From Thermoplasmatota archaeon (GTDB lineage: Archaea > Thermoplasmatota > SW-10-69-26 > JACQPN01 > JAJPHT01), in assembly GCA_035687045.1 (NCBI GenBank), contig DASRYU010000050.1, forward strand, positions 1-59,051: 59,051 bases of DNA, in the 5' to 3' direction. Both the position numbers and the translations under genes were made by a program. Positions 51,984 through 59,051 of this stretch are shown piece by piece (position 1 is the first letter of the stretch; the number at the start of each line of letters is the position of its first letter). The notes under the pieces were generated by a model. It had not been told where the DNA came from. It made no database searches and worked only from the letters and a program-made list of their open reading frames with translations.

Positions 51984-52651
51984 GCGTCCACCTCTCGCAC
52001 GAGCATGAATGCTTCCGCGTATTCCACGCCTATCGCGGCCCCCCGGACGCGGGCGAGCGCGCGAATCGCGGACGAGCCGCGCGGCAGCGGGTCATCCTGC
52101 ACTTCGGTGCCGAACATCCGCATGATCTCGAGCTTGCGCTCAAGATAGGGGGTGATATCACAGTACACGTTCGGAAGGAAGGCTCGAGCCGGAAACGGGG
52201 GGGCAGCCTCGGTGGAGGAAAGGCATTCGAATGCGAGAATGCGGCGGACGCCAAGCCGGCGCATGTGGAACGCCTTCAGCACGATCATCGCGGCGTTCGC
52301 GACGACCTGGTGGTCGGTATGAACGTCGCCATGATGGACGAGGTACACGATCTCGGGCCGCACGCGCTCGATCACCTGCCGCAGCGCGTCCACCACCTCG
52401 TTGAGCGGGAGGTCCGTCAGGCGCGTGCTGGGAAGGCCGAGCCACGCGACGTCTTTGATGCCGAAAGCGCGCGCTACGCGTTCGACCTCGGCTTCCTTGG
52501 CGCGGATCGTCGCAGGGGCCCACCGATCGGGAGTTGCCTTCGTGACGATGGTCCAATGGACATCGTCGCCACGCTGGACGTGCGCGAGCATCGTGCCGCC
52601 GCATCCGATCGTTTCGTCGTCCGGATGGGCGCTCAGGATCAGGATCCTCAC
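51980..52651 (-). CDS. PIG-L/LmbE-family N-acetyl-sugar deacetylase (223 aa)
   Basis: ILILSAHPDDETIGCGGT plus downstream HxDH (HGDVHTDH). Confidence 0.8.
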   Translation of the reverse strand: MRILILSAHPDDETIGCGGTMLAHVQRGDDVHWTIVTKATPDRWAPATIRAKEAEVERVARAFGIKDVAWLGLPSTRLTDLPLNEVVDALRQVIERVRPEIVYLVHHGDVHTDHQVVANAAMIVLKAFHMRRLGVRRILAFECLSSTEAAPPFPARAFLPNVYCDITPYLERKLEIMRMFGTEVQDDPLPRGSSAIRALARVRGAAIGVEYAEAFMLVREVDA

Positions 52652-52661
52652 GTCAATCTCC

Positions 52662-53822
52662 TCAGAAGGTGTTTGTCTTGTTCAGCAGCCGTTCGTCGAT
52701 GGGCGTCGCCGCCAGTATGTGCGCGATGCGCTCGCCCGCGCGGCCGTCGCCGTACGGGTTCGAGCACTTCGCGACGCGAGCGCGGTAGCCGTCGTCGAAT
52801 GCCGCACGCTCAACGGCAGCCTGAATCTCGCGAGCGTCGTTGTTGACGAACTCGACATTCTCAGCGGCCTCACGACCGCGTTGGCGGGGGCCGGTATTGA
52901 CGACGGGCAGCCCGAACAGCGGGGCTTCAATGATGCCAGCGCTGGAGTTGCCCACCATGACGCGGGCGCGGCGCAGAAGCGTCACGAACACTTCCCGAGG
53001 CAGATTTCGGAAATCGTGCACGAGGGAAGGGTGTTCCCGCCGCGCGCGCTCAATCTCCCGAACGACCGGCTCGCGGCCGGCGTCGCTGTTCGGGTGGATT
53101 ACCACGAGGGGAAGCCCCGTCGCAAGCACGCCCTCCAGCGTCGCGCGCATCTCCGCGCCGGCGCCATCCGCGTTCGTGAGGATAGGGTGCTGGATGACGA
53201 GCGCGAAGTCGCCGTCGGCGACGGCGGATCCCAGGCGCGCGCGTATCTCCGTCGCCTCAAGTGGCGGCGTCCGAACCAGGCGGTCCAGCCCGGGCGCGCC
53301 GACGACGTGAACGCGCCACGCGTCCTCCCCCATGCGCTCAACGCGCTCAGCGCTGCGGGGCGTCGTGACCAGGTGAAGGTGCGCGAGCTTCGTGACGGCG
53401 TGACGTACAGCGTTGTCAACGTTCCCATCGGAGGCGATGTCGCCGCCGCCGATGTGGGCCACTGGAATGCGGAGGTACGCCCCCGCGAGCGCCACAGTGA
53501 TGGCCTCCTCACGGTCCATCGGCGCGACCACCCAATCAGGCCGCTCGCGCTCGAAGGTCTCGACCAGGCTCGCGAGCTGGATGCCGGCGCCACGCACGCG
53601 CGCCCCCTTCGAATCAGAATCCAGGAGGCTCTCGATGCGCGCCACGATGCGCACACCATCGCGCTCAATCTCGCCTACGGTGCCGCCGAAGCGCGCGGAA
53701 AGGTGCGCGCCCGTGACGATCACGCCTGGGTCCAAACCCCTCGCGGCGCAGGCGGCGATCACGGGCTGGAGGATGTCGTATTCGGAGCGGATCCCCGTGG
53801 TGAACAGGATCTTGCTGGGCAT
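52662..53822 (-). CDS. neuC: Hydrolysing nucleotide-HexNAc 2-epimerase (NeuC/LegG-like, 386 aa)
   Basis: KILFTTGIRSEYDILQPVI...PVAHIGGGD...HAVTKLAHLH pattern of Epimerase_2 / NeuC. Start at ATG 53822, inside the longer ORF. Confidence 0.85.
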   Translation of the reverse strand: MPSKILFTTGIRSEYDILQPVIAACAARGLDPGVIVTGAHLSARFGGTVGEIERDGVRIVARIESLLDSDSKGARVRGAGIQLASLVETFERERPDWVVAPMDREEAITVALAGAYLRIPVAHIGGGDIASDGNVDNAVRHAVTKLAHLHLVTTPRSAERVERMGEDAWRVHVVGAPGLDRLVRTPPLEATEIRARLGSAVADGDFALVIQHPILTNADGAGAEMRATLEGVLATGLPLVVIHPNSDAGREPVVREIERARREHPSLVHDFRNLPREVFVTLLRRARVMVGNSSAGIIEAPLFGLPVVNTGPRQRGREAAENVEFVNNDAREIQAAVERAAFDDGYRARVAKCSNPYGDGRAGERIAHILAATPIDERLLNKTNTF

Positions 53823-54757
53823 CAATACACGTCCGAATCCATCATCGCGTAGCTCCAGGCGCGCGGGTCGTCGAGGCCGGTGCAGCCGCCGAGGGAGCGC
53901 GCGCCCATGTAGGTGACGGGGGAAGTGAGGCCGAATCCAGCCTTCTCCAGGTCGCCGTGGAGGGGGTGGCGCAGCGGCAGCCAGCAGTTGACCGCGGAGG
54001 CACCTGCCAAAGCAGCTTCCTGCAGGAGACCTCCGACAAGACGGCGGCGAGCATCGTTGTCGTCGATCGAACGGAGTTCCAGGACGTCCAGCTCGGAACC
54101 GTAGCGCTTGTAGACGACGTACGCGCGCAGGTCGCGTCCGTCCTGCACTCCGCGAAGAACGTAGCTGTTCTCCGGGTGGCGGCCCAGGCGCCACCGGAGG
54201 TGTGCACCGTCCCGCACAACCTCGACGCCCGTCGCGCTCCGCGTCTCTCGCCACAGGTCGTCGAGGCGCGTGTCGTCCGCATCGAGGGGGGCCAGAGCCT
54301 CGCCTCCGCCCCGTGCCGGCCCGGGAAGGCGCAGGGTGGGAATCTCGAGGAGGTCTTCCCACCCGAGATCGCGGACGAAGCCGCGGTGACTCTGCGCGTT
54401 CGGGAAGCCCCACACGGCACCGTACCCTTCTCGCGACATACGCTCGTAGAGCCGCAGCGCAAGCGTCGTGAACAGCCCTTTGCCGCGATGCGCCGGGTGA
54501 GTCATCGTTGTCATCGAGAGGGCCGAAAGCACTTCGCGGCCGTCGACCAGGAGGCGCACCGGCGAGACCGCGTAGTGCGCTGCTAGGGTGTCGCCCGCCC
54601 ATGCGAGCTCGATCATCGGCTGCGCTCCTGAAGGGTTGTCGAGGAAGCGCCAGCGCCAGAACGCTTCGGACATGGGCCGTTGGAAGCAGATCGCGAAAAG
54701 GTCGAGGATCGCCTTCTCGTCGCCGGGCCTGTAAGGCCGGATGTCCAAGCCGCTCAC
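53822..54757 (-). CDS. GNAT-family N-acetyltransferase (311 aa from GTG 54757; ORF opens at 54772)
   Basis: IRPYRPGDEKAILDLF...HPAHRGKGLFTTLA (acetyl-CoA site-like). GTG 54757 gives a GTGA overlap with the neuB stop, like other junctions in this operon. Confidence 0.6.
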   Translation of the reverse strand: MSGLDIRPYRPGDEKAILDLFAICFQRPMSEAFWRWRFLDNPSGAQPMIELAWAGDTLAAHYAVSPVRLLVDGREVLSALSMTTMTHPAHRGKGLFTTLALRLYERMSREGYGAVWGFPNAQSHRGFVRDLGWEDLLEIPTLRLPGPARGGGEALAPLDADDTRLDDLWRETRSATGVEVVRDGAHLRWRLGRHPENSYVLRGVQDGRDLRAYVVYKRYGSELDVLELRSIDDNDARRRLVGGLLQEAALAGASAVNCWLPLRHPLHGDLEKAGFGLTSPVTYMGARSLGGCTGLDDPRAWSYAMMDSDVY

Positions 54758-55809
54758 GCTAAGTCCTCCCATCCGACGATATGGTCGGCCGCCAGATCCT
54801 GACGCGCTACGCGACCCACCACCCGCGGCAGCTCACGCGGGGCGAGCCCGCTGCCCGGGCGCTTCATCGCCAAGTGGGAGCGAGTGAGTCTCTCGCCCGC
54901 GCGTACAGGCGCGCGCAGCACGATGCTTTTGCGGCCGATCGCCGTGTTGTCCACCTCCGGTCCCCGCGGGCGCTTGACGCCGTCGCCCAGCGCCGCCTCG
55001 ACCAGGCGGACGGCGCGCACGAGCGCGGCGAACTCGTCGGGCGCCATGGACGCCGAGTGATCCGGGCCGCTCATGCTGCGGTCCAGCGTTATGTGCTTCT
55101 CGAGGAGCGCGGCACCGCGGGCGACCGCGGCAAGAGCCACCTCCACGCCCTGCGTGTGGTCGCTGAAGCCGACGGGTACCGCGAAGGCCGTGCGCAGCGT
55201 GTCCATGGCTCGAAGGTTCGCATCGGCGGCCGCGGCCGGATAAGCGGAGACGCAGTGGAGAAGCGCGAGCGGCCCTCCTCTGGCGGCGTGGATCGATGCA
55301 ACCGCCTCCTCCACCTCGGCAAGATAAGACATTCCCGTCGAAAGGAGCAGCGGTAGCCCGCTCTGCGCGAGGTGCTGGAGGAAGGGCAGGTTCGTGATCT
55401 CGCCGGAGCCGATCTTGATGGCTCGCACGCCGAGGCGTACGAGCAGGTCGGCGCTCTCCTCGTCAAAGGGGCTGCTGAGGAACTCGATGCCGCGCGAACG
55501 CGCCTCGTCGCGAAGCTCAGCGTGCGCGCGCTCGTCGAGCTCGAGGCGCCGCAGCATCTCCATCTGCGACTCGTCCGGCTGGGTCGTCGCGGCTTGATAT
55601 TTCGCCTTCGGGGCGCCAACGGTGGCGAGGCGGCCCGCGGAGAAAGTCTGGAACTTGATCGCGTCGGCGCCAGCGTCAGCCGCGACGTGCACGAGGCGCC
55701 GGGCGAGCGCGAGATCGCCATTGTGATTGACGCCAGCTTCTGCGATGACATAGCATGGTGTTCCCTCGCCGAGGAGCTTTGAGCCTATCCGGACCGTGCG
55801 CGGGACCAT
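54754..55809 (-). CDS. neuB: Nonulosonic acid synthase (NeuB/LegI/PseI family, 351 aa)
   Basis: CYVIAEAGVNHNGDLALARRLV...AGADAIKFQTF and a C-terminal SAF/antifreeze-like domain. Confidence 0.9.
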   Translation of the reverse strand: MVPRTVRIGSKLLGEGTPCYVIAEAGVNHNGDLALARRLVHVAADAGADAIKFQTFSAGRLATVGAPKAKYQAATTQPDESQMEMLRRLELDERAHAELRDEARSRGIEFLSSPFDEESADLLVRLGVRAIKIGSGEITNLPFLQHLAQSGLPLLLSTGMSYLAEVEEAVASIHAARGGPLALLHCVSAYPAAAADANLRAMDTLRTAFAVPVGFSDHTQGVEVALAAVARGAALLEKHITLDRSMSGPDHSASMAPDEFAALVRAVRLVEAALGDGVKRPRGPEVDNTAIGRKSIVLRAPVRAGERLTRSHLAMKRPGSGLAPRELPRVVGRVARQDLAADHIVGWEDLA

Positions 55810-55817
55810 GCATCGCC

Positions 55818-57125
55818 TCAGTTGTATTTGCGGAAGACCGGCTTCACGGGGCGGCCCACGAGGTGCTTGTGGACGCCTTCGTCGAGCGCCTTGCGATAGA
55901 CGCGGAACGCGCCGTCCGCCGCTTCGAGTGTGCGTTCGACCTCGGCCGGCCCGTGCGCCGCGCTGATGGCAAGGTAAGGGATGAGGACGCCGCGGCGCAC
56001 CATCTCTTGTAGAAAGAGCGCGCGGAACGCGGGGTCTGCCTCGCGCCCTTGGTTGCGCGTCACAATGAACGGGCTACAGGAGATGCCTTCGCAGGAGACG
56101 ATGCCGCTCAGCCCATTCTGTTCCGCGAGCTTGTTCATGCCCGACTGGAGCAGCTCGCCCGTCTTCCAGAGCTGTGGCACGACGTTCTTCTCGCGCACCT
56201 CGCGCACCGTTGCAAGACAGGCGGCGAGGCTGTGCGTTTCCGCGCCGTGCGTGGAGCTGAGAAGGAATACCTTGTGCTTGTCATGCCGGAGCCCGCCCAG
56301 CTCCATGATGTCCCGACGGCCTGCGAGCACCGCGACGGAGAAACCGTTCGCGATCGCCTTGCCGAATGTCGAGAGGTCGGGCGTGACGCCGTAGTACGCC
56401 TGCGCGCCGCGCTCGTGCCAGCGGAATCCTGTGATCATCTCGTCTAGGATGAGCAGCGCGCCGTGACGGTGGGCGAGGTCGCGCACCCTCTTGAGGAACT
56501 CGTCGCGCGGGTGCTCGAGCGTCGCGGCCTCGAGGATGACGCACGCGACCCCGTCCGGGTGCTGCTCGAAGATGCGCTCGAGGGAGGCGATGTCGTTGTA
56601 ACGGAACGGCAGGCTGAGGTCAGACACGGGGCGCGGGACGCCGTTGTTGGGCGGAGTCGTTCCAATGAACCAGTCGTCGAAGCTGAAGAAGGTGGGGCCT
56701 TGGCAGAACGCGACCGTGTCGCGCCCGGTGAAAGCGCGGGCGAGGCGCACGGCGGCTGTAGTCACATCGCTGCCGTTCTTCGCGAATTTGACCATCTGGG
56801 CGCTGGGGATGGTAGCGACTAGCTCCTCTGCCAGCTCCACCTCGATCGGGGACGGTCGCGTGAAGTTCGGGCCCTTCTCGAGCTGGCGCCGCACCGCGTC
56901 GAGGACGCGCGGGTGACCGTAGCCCAGAAGGACCGATCGGAGACCCATCCCCCAATCGAGGAACTCGTTGCCGTCGACATCCCAGACCGTAGAGCCATCG
57001 GCCCGCTCAATGAACCCGGGCGCGAGCTCGGGGAACTGGTCGTCACCTTTGCTGTAGGTGTGGCAGCCGGCGGGAATGATCTCGTGGGCGCGCGCCGAGA
57101 GCGCCTTCGACCGGGCGAACCTCAT
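55818..57125 (-). CDS. Class-III PLP aminotransferase (glutamate-1-semialdehyde 2,1-aminomutase-like, 435 aa)
   Basis: - N-terminus SKALSARAHEIIPAGCHTYSK...GSTVWDVDGNEFLDWGMG.
- LILDEMITGFRW.
- PLP-Lys context TFGKAIANG. Confidence 0.8.
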   Translation of the reverse strand: MRFARSKALSARAHEIIPAGCHTYSKGDDQFPELAPGFIERADGSTVWDVDGNEFLDWGMGLRSVLLGYGHPRVLDAVRRQLEKGPNFTRPSPIEVELAEELVATIPSAQMVKFAKNGSDVTTAAVRLARAFTGRDTVAFCQGPTFFSFDDWFIGTTPPNNGVPRPVSDLSLPFRYNDIASLERIFEQHPDGVACVILEAATLEHPRDEFLKRVRDLAHRHGALLILDEMITGFRWHERGAQAYYGVTPDLSTFGKAIANGFSVAVLAGRRDIMELGGLRHDKHKVFLLSSTHGAETHSLAACLATVREVREKNVVPQLWKTGELLQSGMNKLAEQNGLSGIVSCEGISCSPFIVTRNQGREADPAFRALFLQEMVRRGVLIPYLAISAAHGPAEVERTLEAADGAFRVYRKALDEGVHKHLVGRPVKPVFRKYN

Positions 57126-58102
57126 GGTGATGCTCTCGACTCCTCGCGTCGCGCGTCGCGCTCCGCGGCCTCAAGGGCCTCAAGGACGAGGCACTCCTCG
57201 CGGAAGGTGTAAGGGTAACGCCGCTCGTTGCGAAGCGCTTCGAGGAACAGCCGCATCTCCTCGACGTACATCGCCTCCAGGCGCGCGGAGCTGGCGGCGC
57301 AGGGCAGCACGTCCCGCGTTCCGGCCGCATCCACCACGACCTCCCCGCGTGTCGCGTCCCACTCGACCGTTCCCTCGGAGCCCACTACGCGCAGGGCGCG
57401 GATCGGTCTGCGCGCTAGCACGTCCGCCTGCAGGTGGCCGATCGCGCCCGAGGACGTCTCGAACAGGAAGTGGACGACATCGTCCACCTTCACGTCGAGA
57501 TCGCTCACTTTCCCGCCCAGCGAGCGTGAACGCACGGGCAGGCCGAAGAGCCAGCAGAGCCAACTCATTTCTATCGCGGCGACCTCACGGCACGCGGCCG
57601 TGCGCGGCTCGGCGACGAAAAAGGAGCGGTAATCTTCCCACGGATGCCAGTCCGGGAGGTACTGCCCCGAGTGGTGCGTGAACGCGAGCGGGCGACCGAT
57701 GCGGCCCGCCTCGAGCGCCGCCCGCACGAGCGCGACGGCGGGGTGGTGGCGCATCGTGGTGGATGGCGCGGCGAGGCTGCCGTGAGATGCCGCCACGCGC
57801 TCCGCCTCCAGGAGGCCGTCGCGGACGAGATTGAGCTCGCAGAAGTATGGAATGCCGCGCTCGGCCGCGGCCAACACGAAGGACTCGTGTGCCGCCGGCG
57901 CCGTGCTGATGATGAGGAAATCAGGTGACGCGGCCAGAGCCGCCTCGAAAGTCTCCGCCGTAGAGATCCCGTACTTCTGAGCAGCTTCTGCGCGCCGATC
58001 CGCGCGAACGTCCAGTCCGATGATGTCTCGCTCGCCCAGGGCGATGAGGTTGCGGACACGGCGCTGGCCCATGGAGCCGAGACCAACCACGAGCGCTTTC
58101 AC
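57122..58102 (-). CDS. Gfo/Idh/MocA-family NAD(P)-dependent oxidoreductase (326 aa from GTG 58102)
   Basis: VKALVVGLGSMGQRRVRNL Rossmann N-terminus. GTGA overlap with the upstream gene. Confidence 0.75.
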   Translation of the reverse strand: MKALVVGLGSMGQRRVRNLIALGERDIIGLDVRADRRAEAAQKYGISTAETFEAALAASPDFLIISTAPAAHESFVLAAAERGIPYFCELNLVRDGLLEAERVAASHGSLAAPSTTMRHHPAVALVRAALEAGRIGRPLAFTHHSGQYLPDWHPWEDYRSFFVAEPRTAACREVAAIEMSWLCWLFGLPVRSRSLGGKVSDLDVKVDDVVHFLFETSSGAIGHLQADVLARRPIRALRVVGSEGTVEWDATRGEVVVDAAGTRDVLPCAASSARLEAMYVEEMRLFLEALRNERRYPYTFREECLVLEALEAAERDARREESRASP

Positions 58103-58905
58103 GCGCCGCCCTCCATGTGCGTGTGCAGGGTTTCCTTGGTCCGCAATGCTTCCCAGTGCTTCGCGTACCAGTTCACGCCCGCATAGCGGGAATTCATAGC
58201 TGCGATGTCGGGGCGGCGCTCGAGCAGCGCGAGGATCTCCCGCATGCCGAAGAAGCCCCCTGGAATATAGAGCTCCTCGTAGACGGCTTTCACGAAGGCG
58301 TAGTCCTCGGGGTAATCGAGCGTCCACCGCTCGCGCTGCGATAGGTCGACCTCGTTGACCACGTTCCCCACGCGGAAGCGGCGAGGCTGGTCCCAAATGA
58401 ATGGCGATACGTGCTCGCGCTCGTGCGGCGCCTTCGCTTCCGACCACGCGATCTTCAGCGCCTCGTAGGAGAATGTCTCTGTGTCCAGCCCATCTGGGAA
58501 TGTGGCCGGGTGATTCGTGCTGACGTAATCGTAATTGCCGTCGCGGAACGTGCGCACGACCCGATCGACGACGTCGGGCTCGATCAGCGGACAATCCGAT
58601 GTCACGCGGACCACCGGATCGATGTCGTATGCCGTCGCGGCTTGATAGTAGCGGTCGAGGACGTCGTTCTCGCTCCCACGGAAGACTTCGTAGCCAACCT
58701 CTTCGACGAGCCGGACGATGACGTCGTCTGCGGGATTCGTCGTCGTTGCCACGATGATTCGGTCGACCTCGCGGCAGAGTTGCATGCGGTCGAGCATGTG
58801 GAGAAGGAGCGGTTTGCCGCACGCGGTCAGGAGCACCTTTCCAGGAAGGCGGCTCGATCCCATGCGGGCCTGGATGACCGCTGCTGCCTTGCCTCGTTCT
58901 GCCAT
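58099..58905 (-). CDS. Cytidylyltransferase-family protein (acylneuraminate cytidylyltransferase / SpsF-FlmC-like; CMP-NulO synthetase candidate, 268 aa). First gene of the operon.
   Basis: AAVIQARMGSSRLPGKVL...FRGSENDVLDRYY...VRVTSDCPLIEP. Start at ATG 58905. Confidence 0.75.
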   Translation of the reverse strand: MAERGKAAAVIQARMGSSRLPGKVLLTACGKPLLLHMLDRMQLCREVDRIIVATTTNPADDVIVRLVEEVGYEVFRGSENDVLDRYYQAATAYDIDPVVRVTSDCPLIEPDVVDRVVRTFRDGNYDYVSTNHPATFPDGLDTETFSYEALKIAWSEAKAPHEREHVSPFIWDQPRRFRVGNVVNEVDLSQRERWTLDYPEDYAFVKAVYEELYIPGGFFGMREILALLERRPDIAAMNSRYAGVNWYAKHWEALRTKETLHTHMEGGA

Positions 58906-58943
58906 GGGGCCGCGCCTCGTCGGGGCGCACATCTCGCTGGGCG

Positions 58944-58951
58944 CCTTATAC
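58944..58951 (-). promoter_or_regulatory. TATA-like box GTATAAGG, ~38 nt upstream of the first gene of the glycan operon
   Basis: The minus strand reads GGGTATAAGGCGCC. It is the only AT-rich element between 58906 and the window end, and implies a short (~15-nt) leader. Confidence 0.4.
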
Positions 58952-59051
58952 CCGTTGGCCGCGCGCGCAGCCCTAATGGAGCGAGCGCGCTCTCGCCGGC
59001 ACGCCCACCACCGTCGTGCCCGCAGCAACGTCACGCAGCACCGCGGCGCCC

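Overview
High-GC (~70% by eye) 59-kb window, almost fully coding: 52 protein genes, 2 tRNAs and several short structured repeats.

The host looks archaeal; this is inference, not proof:
- Both tRNAs have archaeal-type acceptor and D-arm sequences and no encoded CCA.
- A CTTTATC-like AT-rich box lies ~22-25 nt upstream of many start codons (TATA box plus leaderless-mRNA geometry) and ~45 nt upstream of both tRNAs.
- Gene content includes an Lhr-type helicase/metallophosphoesterase pair and a bifunctional sugar-1-P nucleotidyltransferase/LbH-acetyltransferase.

Left half (1-28 kb):
- a copper module (YHS/TRASH protein plus P1B ATPase)
- a PAS-GAF histidine kinase and an aldehyde dehydrogenase
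- Lhr helicase plus metallophosphoesterase
- three lipobox-bearing secreted proteins (LVIVD propeller, unknown, BNR/sialidase fold) and a metzincin protease
- stress-type proteins (YciE ferritin-like, VOC, LEA-like repeat protein, holin-X-like membrane protein)
- three tandem ArsR-SRPBCC pairs
- a compact UvrD-like helicase

Right half (28.4-59 kb) is a surface-glycan island:
- Nucleotide-sugar supply genes come first: ugd-like, galU, glmS, glmU-like, and a WbpP/WbpO-like epimerase plus dehydrogenase.
- They are followed by one 18-gene, 22-kb co-directional operon (58905->36788, minus strand).
- The operon carries a legionaminic-acid-type nonulosonic acid pathway: NeuB, NeuC, CBS-nucleotidyltransferase, cytidylyltransferase, dehydratase, aminotransferases, acetyltransferase and deacetylase.
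- It also carries a bacterial-style lipid-linked assembly set: PglC-like phosphoglycosyltransferase, GT4, Wzx-like flippase, two Wzy_C-type proteins (one fused to a GT2), two AsnB-like amidotransferases and a KpsS/KpsC-family protein.

This operon is the most interesting object in the window. No rRNA, CRISPR array, transposase or integrase was seen. All functional calls come from motif and family recognition by eye on the supplied translations; no database search was run. Several start codons were re-assigned from the ORF track and remain uncertain.
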